Assembly: GCA_964639885.1 (NCBI GenBank) | Contig: CAZXEH010000002.1 | Span: 88,425-152,424, forward strand | Origin: an uncultured Caldisericales bacterium | GTDB taxonomy: Bacteria > Caldisericota > Caldisericia > JAAYUI01 | Direction of reading: 5' to 3' | DNA length: 64,000 bases | Part shown: positions 10,370-20,949 of the stretch, piece after piece | Numbering within the stretch: the stretch's first letter is position 1 | Layout of the letters: each line of letters begins with the position of its first letter | Notes under the pieces: generated by a model | Told to the model about the DNA's origin: nothing | The model's database searches: none | The model's input: the letters and a program-made list of their open reading frames with translations, nothing else | Position numbers and translations under genes: made by a program

Positions 10370-10687
10370 CTATCCCTTCAGAATGTTGAAGTTTTCAACG
10401 ATGATCCAGCCTTTTGCCCTGAACATCGCTATGATGGCTCCAAGACCGACGATTGTTTCAGCTGCAGCAACGGCGATTGCAAAAACCACCATCGTCTGTG
10501 CCGGGCCTGGATCGGGGAGGGTTGAGGCCGTAGCAAGCAGCGTGATGTTTGCGCCGTTGAGCATCAGTTCAATGCACATCAGGATTCTGATGGCGTTTTT
10601 GAGGGTGAGCGCTCCCATGACTCCGATGCAAAAAATTGCTGCACCGAGGATCATCAGGAACGTTGTCATGTTAAAAGCGGCGTTCAC
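10370..10687 (-). CDS. nuoK: Complex I-like subunit K
   Basis: LMCIELMLNGAN, VAAAETIVGL. Confidence 0.93.
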   Translation of the reverse strand: MNAAFNMTTFLMILGAAIFCIGVMGALTLKNAIRILMCIELMLNGANITLLATASTLPDPGPAQTMVVFAIAVAAAETIVGLGAIIAMFRAKGWIIVENFNILKG

Positions 10688-11217
10688 AGCTCATCCTCCT
10701 TCTTTTTGGCCATTTCAATCGCCCCGACCAACGCACCCAGAATAACAAACGATGCCAGCTGGACAGGGATGAAGTAGTTGGAGAATTTGACTGTATCCTC
10801 GGTTCCAAACATCGTGTGTGAAACAGCCTGAACCGAGGAGATGGAATCTTTTGTTGTGTTAAGCATGACATCGAAGTGTGTGTTGAAGATGAAGAAGAAC
10901 ACGACTCCGAAAAGCATCAGGGCAACAAAAACGCCAAGGTATGTCTGGCGATTCAGGTGGCTGATCACCTTGCTGGACTTGTCGTGGATGAACATGACGG
11001 CAAAGATGATCAGGATCGAAATGGCTCCTACATATATTGCCACCTGTGCAGCTGCAATGAAGTCAGCCCTCAAGCCAATGTAGATCGGTACTATCGATAT
11101 GAGGCAGAAGATCAGACAAATTACAGCATGAACAATGTTTTTGACGATTACTGTGAGGGCGGCGAAACAGAACGCCGGAATAGCCATTACTATGAACAGG
11201 AGTGTTGGCCCTGTCAC
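10684..11217 (-). CDS. nuoJ: Complex I-like subunit J
   Basis: AAQVAIYVGAISILIIFAVM; operon position. Confidence 0.93.
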   Translation of the reverse strand: MTGPTLLFIVMAIPAFCFAALTVIVKNIVHAVICLIFCLISIVPIYIGLRADFIAAAQVAIYVGAISILIIFAVMFIHDKSSKVISHLNRQTYLGVFVALMLFGVVFFFIFNTHFDVMLNTTKDSISSVQAVSHTMFGTEDTVKFSNYFIPVQLASFVILGALVGAIEMAKKKEDEL

Positions 11218-11636
11218 TTTTCACCTCCAGTTCTGACAAGGATGTCTTCCTTCTGATAGACCATATGCTCCCTGTCGTACGTTGAAAGCTCGAATTTGTG
11301 GCCCACGTGGAGAGCGTCGAACGGACAGACCTCGACACAGATGCCGCAGAACATGCACTGCTGGATGTTCACCTGATATTTTTCGGCGCATGGTTTGCCA
11401 TCTTCACGCTTGCCTTTGACGATTGTTATACAGTGTGTGGGGCAGTTTGAAGCACAAATGCCGCAGCCGGTGCACTTTTCAACGCCGTTCTCATCGGTGA
11501 CAAGGTTCATCAGGGCAAAGAAACGCTCAGCCATGGCCTGTTTTCTGAGTGGGTATCTCAGCGTCACTTTCGGCCTGAAGAGGTGTTTGAGGGTGATGAC
11601 CAGCGAGTATACGATTCCAGATCCGGGTATGCTCAT
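11214..11636 (-). CDS. nuoI: Complex I-like subunit I (two 4Fe-4S motifs)
   Basis: VTLRYP, CTGCGICASNCP, CMFCGICVEVCP. Confidence 0.95.
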   Translation of the reverse strand: MSIPGSGIVYSLVITLKHLFRPKVTLRYPLRKQAMAERFFALMNLVTDENGVEKCTGCGICASNCPTHCITIVKGKREDGKPCAEKYQVNIQQCMFCGICVEVCPFDALHVGHKFELSTYDREHMVYQKEDILVRTGGEK

Positions 11637-11648
11637 CTATCGCACCTC

Positions 11649-12698
11649 CTACAACGACCTTACAAACCACTCGCCGATTGGTGTAAGGGCGAGAACAACA
11701 GTAAACACAAGGTTGAACAGCGAGAGAGGAACCAGCCATTTCCATGCTGTGTTCATAAGCTGGTCAGCCCTGACTCGTGGCAGCGAACGTGAAATCCAGA
11801 GGATTACACAGACGATAGCCATTGTTTTTACAAGGAACCAGAACACTGAGGAAAGGCCCCAGAGGAAGTATGGGCCAGAACCACCGCCAAGATAAAGCGT
11901 CGTGACCAGTGCACCGGTTACAAAGAGGTAGGTGTACTCGGCAAAGAAGAAGAAGACGAACCTGATGCCTGCAAACTCAACATTGTATCCGGCAACCAGC
12001 TCGGACTCGCCTTCGGCAAGATCAAATGGAATCCTGAAGACTTCGGCAAGTGAGGCTATGAAGAAGATCACAAACCCGAGAGCTTGCGGAATGATGAACC
12101 AAATTTTCTGGACTTCGGAAATCTTGAACAGGCTCATGGTTCCGGCAAGGATTACAACTGAGATCACAGCCAATGTTTTTGGCACTTCGTAGCTGATTTC
12201 CTGCGCAGCCGTCCTCATGGCTCCAAGCAGTGAGAATTTGTTGCCTGAAGACCAGCCTCCGACAAGCGTTCCGATGACCGAGATTGACATGATCGAAGCC
12301 ACAAGAAGGACAGTCACGTCAGTGTTTACCGGCACGAGATTGAACGGATGCGCCATGCCGGGAAACTGCACTGATCCATAAGGGAAGAATGCAAAAACAA
12401 TGAACGCCGGGGCAAACGCGATGATTGGGGAGTAGCAGTAAAAGAATTTGTCGGCGTTTTTGGGGATGACATCACCTTTTGCGAGAATTTTGACTGCATC
12501 AGCAAACGGTTGCAGCAATCCCCATGGTCCAACTTCCATCGGCCCAAGTCTTTGCTGCATCCAGCCAAGCAATTTTCTCTCTACAAGAGTGAGAACAAGC
12601 GCCATGACGGTCACAAAGACAAAAAGGCCGACGGAGATCAGCAGCTGGATGAGGATCAAAAGCCAGTAGTCATTGAAAAGAGACAGCAGTTCTTTCAT
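11649..12698 (-). CDS. nuoH: Complex I-like subunit H
   Basis: Start re-set to ATG 12698 (GAGG SD); ERKLLGWMQQRLGP, PFDLAEGESELVAG. Confidence 0.96.
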   Translation of the reverse strand: MKELLSLFNDYWLLILIQLLISVGLFVFVTVMALVLTLVERKLLGWMQQRLGPMEVGPWGLLQPFADAVKILAKGDVIPKNADKFFYCYSPIIAFAPAFIVFAFFPYGSVQFPGMAHPFNLVPVNTDVTVLLVASIMSISVIGTLVGGWSSGNKFSLLGAMRTAAQEISYEVPKTLAVISVVILAGTMSLFKISEVQKIWFIIPQALGFVIFFIASLAEVFRIPFDLAEGESELVAGYNVEFAGIRFVFFFFAEYTYLFVTGALVTTLYLGGGSGPYFLWGLSSVFWFLVKTMAIVCVILWISRSLPRVRADQLMNTAWKWLVPLSLFNLVFTVVLALTPIGEWFVRSL

Positions 12699-12702
12699 TT
12701 CC

Positions 12703-13809
12703 TCACCTGTCAGCCTCTCCCATCGTCGGTGCGATCGATGCCAGTGTGGCAACCACATCAGGTATCGATATTCCCTGGACGATGTGTGGGAGCGCCATGA
12801 GATTTGAGAATGATGGCGCCCTGAGTTTCATTCTGTAAGGTTTGTTGGAGCCGTCTGAAACAAGGTAAACTCCAAGCTCTCCAATCGGCGCCTCAACTCT
12901 TGTGTAGATTTCGCCTGCCGGAGGTTTGATAACTTTCGGAACCTTCGACTGAACCGGGCCAGAAGGAATGCGAGTCAGAATCTGTTCAATGATTCTGATC
13001 GACTGCTTCACTTCGTTGAATCTTACCATGAATCTCGAAAGCGAGTCACATCCCTGCTCGGTCACAACCTCAAAATCAAGCTGGTCGTATACCTCGTAAG
13101 GTTCATCCCGTCTCAAGTCCCTGTTTATGCCTGATCCCCTTAGCACAGGGCCAGTGCAACCGAGGTCGAGAGCAAGTGATGGTGTCAGCATTCCAATGCC
13201 CTTCGTTCTCGAAATGAAGATTTCATTGTCGCTCAGAAGGTTGGCATATTCTGGAATCCTATCCTTTAGATAATGAATAAAGCGATCAATTTTTGCCAGA
13301 TAGCCATCGGGGAGGTCGTACCTGACTCCGCCAAACCTGAAAAAGTTGAATGTCATTCTTGATCCGGTGGCTTCAGCGAGGAGTTCGACAAGATATTCAC
13401 GATCCCTCATGCAGTAGACCATTGGAGTCATCGATGCAAGATCAAGTCCCTGGGCGCCGGCGTTTACAAGGTGGGCTCCGATCCTGTTGAGTTCCATGAG
13501 CATGACCCTGATATAGGAAGCTCTCGGTGGAACCTCAATACCCATCAGCCTTTCGACAGCGGAAACGTAAGGCCACTCATTGAGAAGCCCTGAAAGATAA
13601 TCTAGTCTGTCAAAGTATGGAATCACCTGGTGATACAGGAGTTTTTCGGAAAGTTTTTCAATGCCCCTGTGAAGGTAGCCGAGAACCGGTCGGCAATGTG
13701 TGACAACTTCACCATCAAGCGTAATCTCAGCCCTGAAGACGCCGTGGGTTGCCGGATGCTGTGGGCCTATGTTGACTTTTATCTGATCAGTGCAAATAAA
13801 ATCCGACAT
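12703..13809 (-). CDS. nuoD: Complex I-like subunit D
   Basis: NIGPQHPATHGVFR, GYLHRGIEK, RLDY, GEADR; lacks NiFe CxxC motifs. Confidence 0.95.
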   Translation of the reverse strand: MSDFICTDQIKVNIGPQHPATHGVFRAEITLDGEVVTHCRPVLGYLHRGIEKLSEKLLYHQVIPYFDRLDYLSGLLNEWPYVSAVERLMGIEVPPRASYIRVMLMELNRIGAHLVNAGAQGLDLASMTPMVYCMRDREYLVELLAEATGSRMTFNFFRFGGVRYDLPDGYLAKIDRFIHYLKDRIPEYANLLSDNEIFISRTKGIGMLTPSLALDLGCTGPVLRGSGINRDLRRDEPYEVYDQLDFEVVTEQGCDSLSRFMVRFNEVKQSIRIIEQILTRIPSGPVQSKVPKVIKPPAGEIYTRVEAPIGELGVYLVSDGSNKPYRMKLRAPSFSNLMALPHIVQGISIPDVVATLASIAPTMGEADR

Positions 13810-13817
13810 CTGTCCTC

Positions 13818-14246
13818 CTAGTCCACATCCGTGAAGTCTTTGCGAAGCGGAAACTTGTCAAAGCCATCAGGTGTCAGAATTCTAATCATGTTTGGATGTC
13901 CTTCAAATTCGATTCCGAACATGTCATAAACCTCGCGTTCAAGCCAGTCAGCTCCAGGCCAGAAAGGTGTGAGTGACGGCACTCTGAGTGATTTTGGAGC
14001 GTCAGCATAAACCCACATTTCTTCTCCTGTTCCCCAGTTATCAAAGATGTAAACGAGCGTGAATCCAGTTTCCGTGCACTTTGCTGTTAACATGGTGAGG
14101 AAATTGAACCCGTTGCTGGAGAGACCGTTTGCTATGTCAATAATCGTTTCAGGATCAATCCTGATTTTCATTCCTTTTTCAGCGATTTCAAAACGTTCGA
14201 TCGTGATGCCTTTGCTGCCAAGCATTTCCTGGAGGTTTGTCGTCAT
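13818..14246 (-). CDS. nuoC: Complex I-like subunit C
   Basis: [18 protein letters not shown]...PLRKDF. Confidence 0.95.
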   Translation of the reverse strand: MTTNLQEMLGSKGITIERFEIAEKGMKIRIDPETIIDIANGLSSNGFNFLTMLTAKCTETGFTLVYIFDNWGTGEEMWVYADAPKSLRVPSLTPFWPGADWLEREVYDMFGIEFEGHPNMIRILTPDGFDKFPLRKDFTDVD

Positions 14247-14752
14247 TTTCTGCCTCCAAGCTTCATCTTTTCAGCCATGATCTTTTCTTTGAGCTTCATG
14301 ACTCCGTACATCAAAGCCTCTGGTCTTGGTGGGCATCCTGGGACGTAAATGTCTACTGGAATAATCTTGTCCACGCCTTTGACCACTGCGTAACTGTCAA
14401 TGAATGGCCCGCCTGAGCAAGCACAGGCTCCCATTGCGATAACCCACTTTGGATTTGGGATCTGCTCATAAAGGAGTTTTGTTGGCTCAGCCATTTTCTT
14501 TGTGATTGTTCCAGCAACGATCATGACATCGCACTGCCTTGGCGTCGGCCTGAAGAAGCATCCGTGACGGTCAAAATCATATCTTGGCATCCACGCATGG
14601 ATCATTTCGAAGGCACAACAGGCGGTGGCGTATGTCAGAGGCCAAAGCGAACCTGCCCTGCCCCAGGCAACAAGCCATTCAAGTGGTGCAAGCATGATCG
14701 ACGATTTCTCATCCGGTTTGTAGACAACCGGCCCTTCCTTGCTCAATCCCAT
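14243..14752 (-). CDS. nuoB: Complex I-like subunit B
   Basis: Start re-set to ATG 14752; [30 protein letters not shown]. Confidence 0.96.
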   Translation of the reverse strand: MGLSKEGPVVYKPDEKSSIMLAPLEWLVAWGRAGSLWPLTYATACCAFEMIHAWMPRYDFDRHGCFFRPTPRQCDVMIVAGTITKKMAEPTKLLYEQIPNPKWVIAMGACACSGGPFIDSYAVVKGVDKIIPVDIYVPGCPPRPEALMYGVMKLKEKIMAEKMKLGGRK

Positions 14753-15108
14753 TTCAACAGCCCCCTTCCCCAGGCGTAAAAGTATCCTACAAGAAGGATT
14801 CCGATAAACAGCAATGCCTCTCCAACTGCGTACCAGCCCAGTAGTTTTGCATGAACAGCCCACGGGTAAAGGAAGACGGCCTCAACGTCAAAAGCAACGA
14901 AAATAAGGGTAAAAATCAGGTATCTGACGTTGAACTTGATGTCGGCTGAACCTTCGGGCTTGATGCCGCACTCATAGGAAGTGACAGATTCTGGGCTGTC
15001 AATGCGTTTGGGACGCAGCAGCCAGGAAAGGAAATAGGCGAATAGACCAAAACCTATTCCAACGAGAACAAAAATGCCTACAAAGAGGTAGTACTTGAAG
15101 TAGGTCAA
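14743..15108 (-). CDS. nuoA: Complex I-like subunit A
   Basis: [26 protein letters not shown]; GGAGG SD before TTG. Confidence 0.95.
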   Translation of the reverse strand: MTYFKYYLFVGIFVLVGIGFGLFAYFLSWLLRPKRIDSPESVTSYECGIKPEGSADIKFNVRYLIFTLIFVAFDVEAVFLYPWAVHAKLLGWYAVGEALLFIGILLVGYFYAWGRGLLKWD

Positions 15109-15146
15109 AACACACCTCCGGTCGAATTTTTGACTACTGATTTTTA

Positions 15147-15175
15147 ATTATAGGTTTTCGGTTTTCATTTGTAAA
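15147..15175 (-). promoter_or_regulatory. Sigma70-type promoter of nuo-atp operon
   Basis: Minus strand TTTACA-N17-TATAAT about 40 nt upstream of nuoA. Confidence 0.75.
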
Positions 15176-15186
15176 CTTGACAAATT

Positions 15187-17082
15187 TCAGTGGAGAAGAT
15201 CTTCAAACTCCTGAGATTTGGTTTCCCAGGTCTGTTCGAGTTTTGGGATTTCTTTGCCAAGAAAGTCATATCTGTCCATATCCGTTACGCTTTGTGTGCC
15301 TCGATTGTAAAAGTCAGAGTTTTGCATTGCCAGCTCAAGGGCCTGCTTTTCAGCTTCAAATTGCTGGATTTTGCTCTCTAATTTTGTAATTTCATCTTGC
15401 ATGGCTTTCAGTCGGTTTTTGGAAATTGTCTGCTTTGAAGGTGATTTTTCGATAACAGCCTGTTTTGGTTTGTCGGACTTTGCCGACTGCCTCCACTCGA
15501 GATACTGCTCCAGATTCATGCCCGTGTCACGAATGGTTTTGCCCTCAAGAAGCCAGATTCTGGCGTTGATATTCTTGATGAAGTACCTGTCGTGACTCAC
15601 AAGCATAATCGAACCTTTGTAATTTCTTAACGTATCCTCGAGAGCCATTCGCGCGTTGATGTCCAAATGATTGGTGGGTTCATCAAAAACCAGGAAATTT
15701 GCAGAAATCAGGGCAAGCTTTGACATGATCAGCCTGCTGGTTTCACCGCCTGAAAGGATGCTGCACTTCTTGAATACGTCATCTCCGGTGAAAAGGAAGG
15801 TTGCAAGATGATCTCTCGCCTCTGGAATGTTGAGATCTGATGAGTCCATCAGCTCTTTAAGCACGGTCTTCTCGGGATCAAATCCGCCAAGTTCCTGTTC
15901 AAGGTAGATTGGTTCAACACTTGGCCCAACCCAGACTTCTCCAGATGTTGGCTGCGCATCCCCCATGACAATCTTGAGAAATGTGGTTTTGCCGCAACCG
16001 TTTGGCCCCATCAGGGCAATTTTCTGGCCATACTTGAGTTCAATGTCGACATCCTCAAAAAGGGTCTTCTGTTCGAATGTCTTGGTTAGTTTTCTGGTTC
16101 GGAAGACTATTTCACCAGACCTGCCAGATGAGGCAATATCGAGGCTTATCGTGTCCTCTTTTGGCCTGACATTGATTTCATCAAGCCTTTCAACCCGACG
16201 CTCCATGTTCTTTGCTCTCTTGCTGGCGATTTCCGTGCCAATGCCCTTGAAACGTTGGATATATCTCTTTGCTCTGTCAAGAAATTCGTTTTGTTCCTGC
16301 ATTCTGTAAAGTTCAAGCTCACGCTCCTGTTGATACTGCTTCCTGGCTTCTGTGAAATTGCAATGGTAGAGATAGGTTTTCCCGCCCATCAGTATGACTG
16401 TTTTGGGACAAACCTTGTCCAGAAGGAAACGGTCGTGAGAGACGATCAGCACTGAACCTTTGAAATTTATCAGGAATTCCTCGAGCCACATGATCGAGTC
16501 AAGGTCGAGGTGGTTTGTGGGTTCGTCGAGTACGAGCGTGTCCGGTTCGGCTGCAAGGATTCTTGAAAGATAGAGCCTGGACCGCTCACCACCTGACAAG
16601 CTCAAAATTGGCCTCATCCAGTCTGCTTTTGTAAACCCAAGCCCTGTCAGAATTCGATCTATCTTGTGATCGAGTTCGTAACCGCCCAGAGCTTCATACT
16701 CATGGAGGCACTTCTCAAGTTTTTCCAGAAGTTCCTGGTTGGTTGGATTCTTCTCGATTTCCTTGTGCAGCACATCAATCTTGTCAGCCAGCTCCGTGAT
16801 TTTTGAAAATGCTTCCCTTATGTAGGTGATTACGGATTTTTCTGAAACATCAACAGCCCTGTCCTGAGCAAAATAACCAACTGTCTTGTTCGGTTCAAAC
16901 GAAAATGATCCGGCGTCAGGTTCGAGCTCGCCCATCAAAATCTTGATGAGCGTTGATTTTCCACAGCCATTTTGACCGATAATGCTGACGCGGTCGTAAG
17001 TGCCAATGTTGAACGTTGCATCTTCAATGACTGGATCGATGCCAAAGTATTTTTTTATTCCGCCTACAATGATTGAACCCAT
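15187..17082 (-). CDS. ABC-F family ATP-binding protein
   Basis: Two ABC domains (GQNGCGKS, LSGGE, DEPTNHLD twice), no TM segments, C-terminal coiled coil. Confidence 0.93.
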   Translation of the reverse strand: MGSIIVGGIKKYFGIDPVIEDATFNIGTYDRVSIIGQNGCGKSTLIKILMGELEPDAGSFSFEPNKTVGYFAQDRAVDVSEKSVITYIREAFSKITELADKIDVLHKEIEKNPTNQELLEKLEKCLHEYEALGGYELDHKIDRILTGLGFTKADWMRPILSLSGGERSRLYLSRILAAEPDTLVLDEPTNHLDLDSIMWLEEFLINFKGSVLIVSHDRFLLDKVCPKTVILMGGKTYLYHCNFTEARKQYQQERELELYRMQEQNEFLDRAKRYIQRFKGIGTEIASKRAKNMERRVERLDEINVRPKEDTISLDIASSGRSGEIVFRTRKLTKTFEQKTLFEDVDIELKYGQKIALMGPNGCGKTTFLKIVMGDAQPTSGEVWVGPSVEPIYLEQELGGFDPEKTVLKELMDSSDLNIPEARDHLATFLFTGDDVFKKCSILSGGETSRLIMSKLALISANFLVFDEPTNHLDINARMALEDTLRNYKGSIMLVSHDRYFIKNINARIWLLEGKTIRDTGMNLEQYLEWRQSAKSDKPKQAVIEKSPSKQTISKNRLKAMQDEITKLESKIQQFEAEKQALELAMQNSDFYNRGTQSVTDMDRYDFLGKEIPKLEQTWETKSQEFEDLLH

Positions 17083-19409
17083 CAGCTCACCCAGGCGAAT
17101 CCAGTGTGTTTTGTCATGTACTTTTCGATTCCTTCTTTAAGTCTTTCGTGACCGGGAGCGGTCAGCTCCGAATCGTCTGCAAGTATAGCCTCGGCCTCCG
17201 TTCTTGCCAAGGTCAGAAGCGGAAGGTTTGTCGGTGTCAGCAACGGCGCCACTTCCAGCGTCGGTGCTCCTGCCTGCTGTGTACCGCCAATGTCGCCAGG
17301 CCCTCTCAGCTTCAAATCCTCCTCAGCCACCTCAAGGCCGTTGTTTGTACGCTCCAGAATCATCAGGTTTTGTGAAGGCCTGTCGGTTAGAAGGAAGCAA
17401 TAGCTTTGGTCTTTGCCTCGCCCAACCCTTCCCCTAAGCTGGTGAAGCTGGGCAAGCCCGAATCTTTCGGCATTTTCAACGATCATCACGGTTGCATCCG
17501 GCACATCGATGCCAACCTCGATAACGGTTGTGGAAATGAGGACTTTAATCATTCCATCAGCAAAAGCCCTCATCACTTCGTCTTTTTCGGCAGGTTTCAT
17601 CCTTCCATGAAGGAGTCCACAAGGAACTTCCTTAAATCTTGTTGCCTTCAGCTCTTCAAAGTGTTCGACAGCTGATTTGGCTTCCAGTTTTTCCGATTCT
17701 TCAACCAGCGGACAGACCACGTAAGTCTTGTTGCCCTTCGAAATTTCTGAAAGAGCTCGCTTGTAAGCCGATGATTCTGAATTGATGCAAACTTTTGTGA
17801 TGATTGGGATTCTTCCCTCCGGCATCTCGTCAATTGCTGAAACGTCGAGGTCGCCGTAAAGCGTCATCGCAAGCGTTCTGGGAATAGGGGTAGCGCTCAT
17901 AACGAGAATGTGTGGGCTTGAGCCTTTCCTGGCCAGCCTTGCCCTTTGAAGAACGCCAAACCTGTGCTGCTCGTCAACAACGCAGAGTGCAAGTTTTGGA
18001 AACTCAATCCAGTCCTCAAGAACCGCGTGAGTTCCAATCACGCAAAACGGTTCACCAGTCGACAGAAGTTTGAATATTTCAGCTCTTTCAGCTTTTTTCG
18101 TTGAGCCTGAAAGGTACAAAACCTTGTCGCCAAAAAATTTCTTTGCATTCTTGAAGGTTTGTGTCGCCAAGACCTCGGTCGGGGCAATCCAGGCCGCTTG
18201 AAAACCTGCGTCCATGATCGCTTTCACCGCCGAAAAGCCAACGACAGTTTTTCCTGATCCGACATCTCCATGAAGCAAACGGTTCATCGGTCTGCTAGAT
18301 TCGAGGTCTTTTGCTATTTCAGCTCTTGACCTGTCCTGGGCATTTGTTGGTTTGAACGGAAGGTCTTCAAAGAATTCCCTTGAACTCTCCGTTGCGTTTG
18401 GAATTTTCCTGGCAGTTTGTTTTTTGAAAAGCGCCCTTTGTCTGAGCAATCCAGCTTCAAGCAGGAGCAGACTCTCCATGACCACACGTTTTCGCGAGAT
18501 TTCAACTGATTCTTCAGACGGCGGATGATGGATGGTGAAATAACTGTCAGTCAAAGACGGCAGTTCAAGCCTTTTTACAATTTCGTCGGGAATCCAGCCA
18601 GGATCAAGCTCAGGCATCCTTTCCAGCACGAACTTTATCGTTTGCTGGATAAGCCACTGCGGAATCGAAGCGGTTGCGGGATAGACCGGGATTATTCGTT
18701 GGGAACCGGGCTTATCGTCCAAATCAGGGTTTGTCATGTGTGCCCCACCGAAATCGCCAACTCTGCCGGAGATCAAGAATGTTTTACCAACAGCGAGTTT
18801 CTTTGCGATGTACGGTGCGTTGAACCAGGTCGCCATGATTTTTCCAGAATCATCGCCAAACAAAGCCTGTAAATATCTCTTGCCTGGTCTTGGTAACCTG
18901 ACATCTAAAACTTTTCCAAAAAAGGAAACATCGGCTCCGACCTTTATTTTGCTTATTTTCACAACCTTTGTCCGGTCAATGTAACGGTTTGGAAAATGCC
19001 TGAGCAGGTCAAAAACCGTTGAAAGCCCAAATTTTTCAAACTTTTCAGCTCTTGACGGCCCAACACCGGGAACCATTTTTATCGGTGTGGTCAACTCAAA
19101 TTTTTGCCTGTCTGGGCTTGGTTTTGCCAGGATTGATGTTTTCTTGGCAACCTCTTCGCCTTCAAGAAAGGCAACCAGTTTTTCAAGCAGCTGCTTTCTT
19201 TTCTCAGGTTCGTACCTGTCGTAATAGTTTATGTACTTTATAAAATAATTGATTACTGCAATGTTTTCCGGTTCGTGTTTGCCAATTTGTTCGAGTTTGC
19301 CGATTGCGAATTTGGCAAACCCTCCGCCAACAACCTTATCCAGGCAGCCCTTTTCAATCTCAACTCTTGCCGGTTCAAGGAGTGTTTTTCTGTCAGAAGG
19401 GGTCATCAC
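17082..19409 (-). CDS. recG: ATP-dependent DNA helicase RecG
   Basis: GDVGSGKT, DEQHRFG, MSATPIPRTLA, QLHQLRGRVGRG. Confidence 0.97.
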   Translation of the reverse strand: MMTPSDRKTLLEPARVEIEKGCLDKVVGGGFAKFAIGKLEQIGKHEPENIAVINYFIKYINYYDRYEPEKRKQLLEKLVAFLEGEEVAKKTSILAKPSPDRQKFELTTPIKMVPGVGPSRAEKFEKFGLSTVFDLLRHFPNRYIDRTKVVKISKIKVGADVSFFGKVLDVRLPRPGKRYLQALFGDDSGKIMATWFNAPYIAKKLAVGKTFLISGRVGDFGGAHMTNPDLDDKPGSQRIIPVYPATASIPQWLIQQTIKFVLERMPELDPGWIPDEIVKRLELPSLTDSYFTIHHPPSEESVEISRKRVVMESLLLLEAGLLRQRALFKKQTARKIPNATESSREFFEDLPFKPTNAQDRSRAEIAKDLESSRPMNRLLHGDVGSGKTVVGFSAVKAIMDAGFQAAWIAPTEVLATQTFKNAKKFFGDKVLYLSGSTKKAERAEIFKLLSTGEPFCVIGTHAVLEDWIEFPKLALCVVDEQHRFGVLQRARLARKGSSPHILVMSATPIPRTLAMTLYGDLDVSAIDEMPEGRIPIITKVCINSESSAYKRALSEISKGNKTYVVCPLVEESEKLEAKSAVEHFEELKATRFKEVPCGLLHGRMKPAEKDEVMRAFADGMIKVLISTTVIEVGIDVPDATVMIVENAERFGLAQLHQLRGRVGRGKDQSYCFLLTDRPSQNLMILERTNNGLEVAEEDLKLRGPGDIGGTQQAGAPTLEVAPLLTPTNLPLLTLARTEAEAILADDSELTAPGHERLKEGIEKYMTKHTGFAWVS

Positions 19410-20200
19410 TGCATGACAAGCCTGCAGACTAGGAAGAAGGCGATGCAGTAGACAGCAAATACGGTGAAATCGGTCTTTTTGACGATCTTGAAGAAAACTA
19501 TCAATGACAGGTAACCAATGACGGCTGCAACGATCATTCCGATGATTGACGGCATCCAGAAAACAGGCATCGAGTTTTTGACAGCCTTGAACAGGCTGTA
19601 GGCAAATGCTCCGCCAATGGCCGGAATTGCAATGTGGAAGGCAAACTTTGCCGATGCTTCCCTGTCGAAACCCATGATTCTTGCGCCAGTGATGGTTGCT
19701 CCTGATCTGGAAATGCCTGGCAATATTGCAATGGCTTGCATCACACCAACAACAAGTGCGTCAGTCCATGTGGCAGATTCAAGCTTTCTGACACCCTTAA
19801 CGTAAGTTGCAATGATAAGAAGGGCAGCGGTTCCAAGCAACATCCATGAAGCCATGACCGGATCGCCGAAAGCCGCTTCAATCCTGTCTGAAAAGAGAAA
19901 TTCAGCAATAACAGCAGGGATCACAGCAAGGATCAGCAGCCATGGATATACGGTCGTAAAAGGAAGAGGTTTTGCAAAAGGATTGGAAAATATTCCTTTG
20001 ATCATATTAACAAACTCAGGCCAGAAATAAATTATCAGAGCCAGAAGAGTTCCGAAATGAACAAACACGTCAAAAGTCATGGGCGGCTGTGCCCAATTGA
20101 ACAGTCGCGGCAAAATTACAAGATGCGCTGAAGATGAAACCGGAATAAATTCCGTTGCTCCCTGTACAAATCCGAGGATTGCTGCCTGAATTGGGTTCAT
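19406..20200 (-). CDS. uppP: Undecaprenyl-diphosphate phosphatase
   Basis: QGATEFIPVSSSAH, PGISRSGAT; start re-set to ATG 20200. Confidence 0.95.
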   Translation of the reverse strand: MNPIQAAILGFVQGATEFIPVSSSAHLVILPRLFNWAQPPMTFDVFVHFGTLLALIIYFWPEFVNMIKGIFSNPFAKPLPFTTVYPWLLILAVIPAVIAEFLFSDRIEAAFGDPVMASWMLLGTAALLIIATYVKGVRKLESATWTDALVVGVMQAIAILPGISRSGATITGARIMGFDREASAKFAFHIAIPAIGGAFAYSLFKAVKNSMPVFWMPSIIGMIVAAVIGYLSLIVFFKIVKKTDFTVFAVYCIAFFLVCRLVMQ

Positions 20201-20202
20201 TT

Positions 20203-20949
20203 TTAATGCTCCTTGAGGTAATTTCTGCAAAAAATGAGATCAGATGGTTTGTCAACGTCGACGCCAAGCTCCGGTAACGGGACGAACGGTGCCGAGACTG
20301 AAATTTTCAAAATTCCTTCAACTTTTTTCTGAAGCTGTGGGACTGTAGCTGATCCAAAAAGCAGCTTCAGGATGAAACCGAAGCCAAGCTGCATTGCCTG
20401 CTTCAGTGCCGATTTCCTGCGTCTCTGCACTTCAGCGACAACAGGCTCAACCTTCACATAAGCCTCACGTTTCAAGAGGAAGCAGTTTGAAACCTTGACC
20501 TTCCCCTCTCTGAGCTTTGCAAAAGTCCTCTTGGTTCCGGGGAATTTTGCGTCAGTGTCGGTTTTTGTCAGCAATGGCAGGATCAAATCAGCATTGTTTC
20601 CTTCAAGTCTTTTCATTAGTTCGATGTAGGTTTGCCTGGTCACAAGCGGGGTGTCCGACGTTGCAATCAACACCTTGTCTGACTTGGCAACTTCAAAAGC
20701 CAGATCGACGTTTGCTTTCAATGATCCGGCATCCGGCCTGTTTTCATCTACCAAATCCAGAATTTCCTTCGAATAGTTGCTTCCTATCAAAACAATGCGA
20801 TCGATCCCGGGGGCAGTTTTGAGAGCGTTTATCGTGTACCAGACGCAGGGTTTTCCGCCCAGCTCCAGCATACCCTTGTGAGGAACATTCTCGTTTGCAA
20901 ACCAGTCCTCAACTCCACCACCACCCAGGATCACCGCATCCATGTTCAC
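20203..20949 (-). CDS. Nucleotidyltransferase-family (MobA/NTP_transf-like) protein
   Basis: AVILGGG...KGMLELGGKP, ATSDTP, C-terminal DVDKPSD. Confidence 0.75.
   Translation of the reverse strand: MNMDAVILGGGGVEDWFANENVPHKGMLELGGKPCVWYTINALKTAPGIDRIVLIGSNYSKEILDLVDENRPDAGSLKANVDLAFEVAKSDKVLIATSDTPLVTRQTYIELMKRLEGNNADLILPLLTKTDTDAKFPGTKRTFAKLREGKVKVSNCFLLKREAYVKVEPVVAEVQRRRKSALKQAMQLGFGFILKLLFGSATVPQLQKKVEGILKISVSAPFVPLPELGVDVDKPSDLIFCRNYLKEH

Noticed and set aside
12703-14752. Group 4 [NiFe]-hydrogenase interpretation of NuoD/NuoB
   Set aside because: NuoD lacks both CxxC Ni-binding motifs and has complex I HPxxHG and GEADR motifs.
19130-19409. RecG N-terminal extension as a novelty
   Set aside because: Similar helical extensions are known in RecG from several phyla such as Thermotoga.
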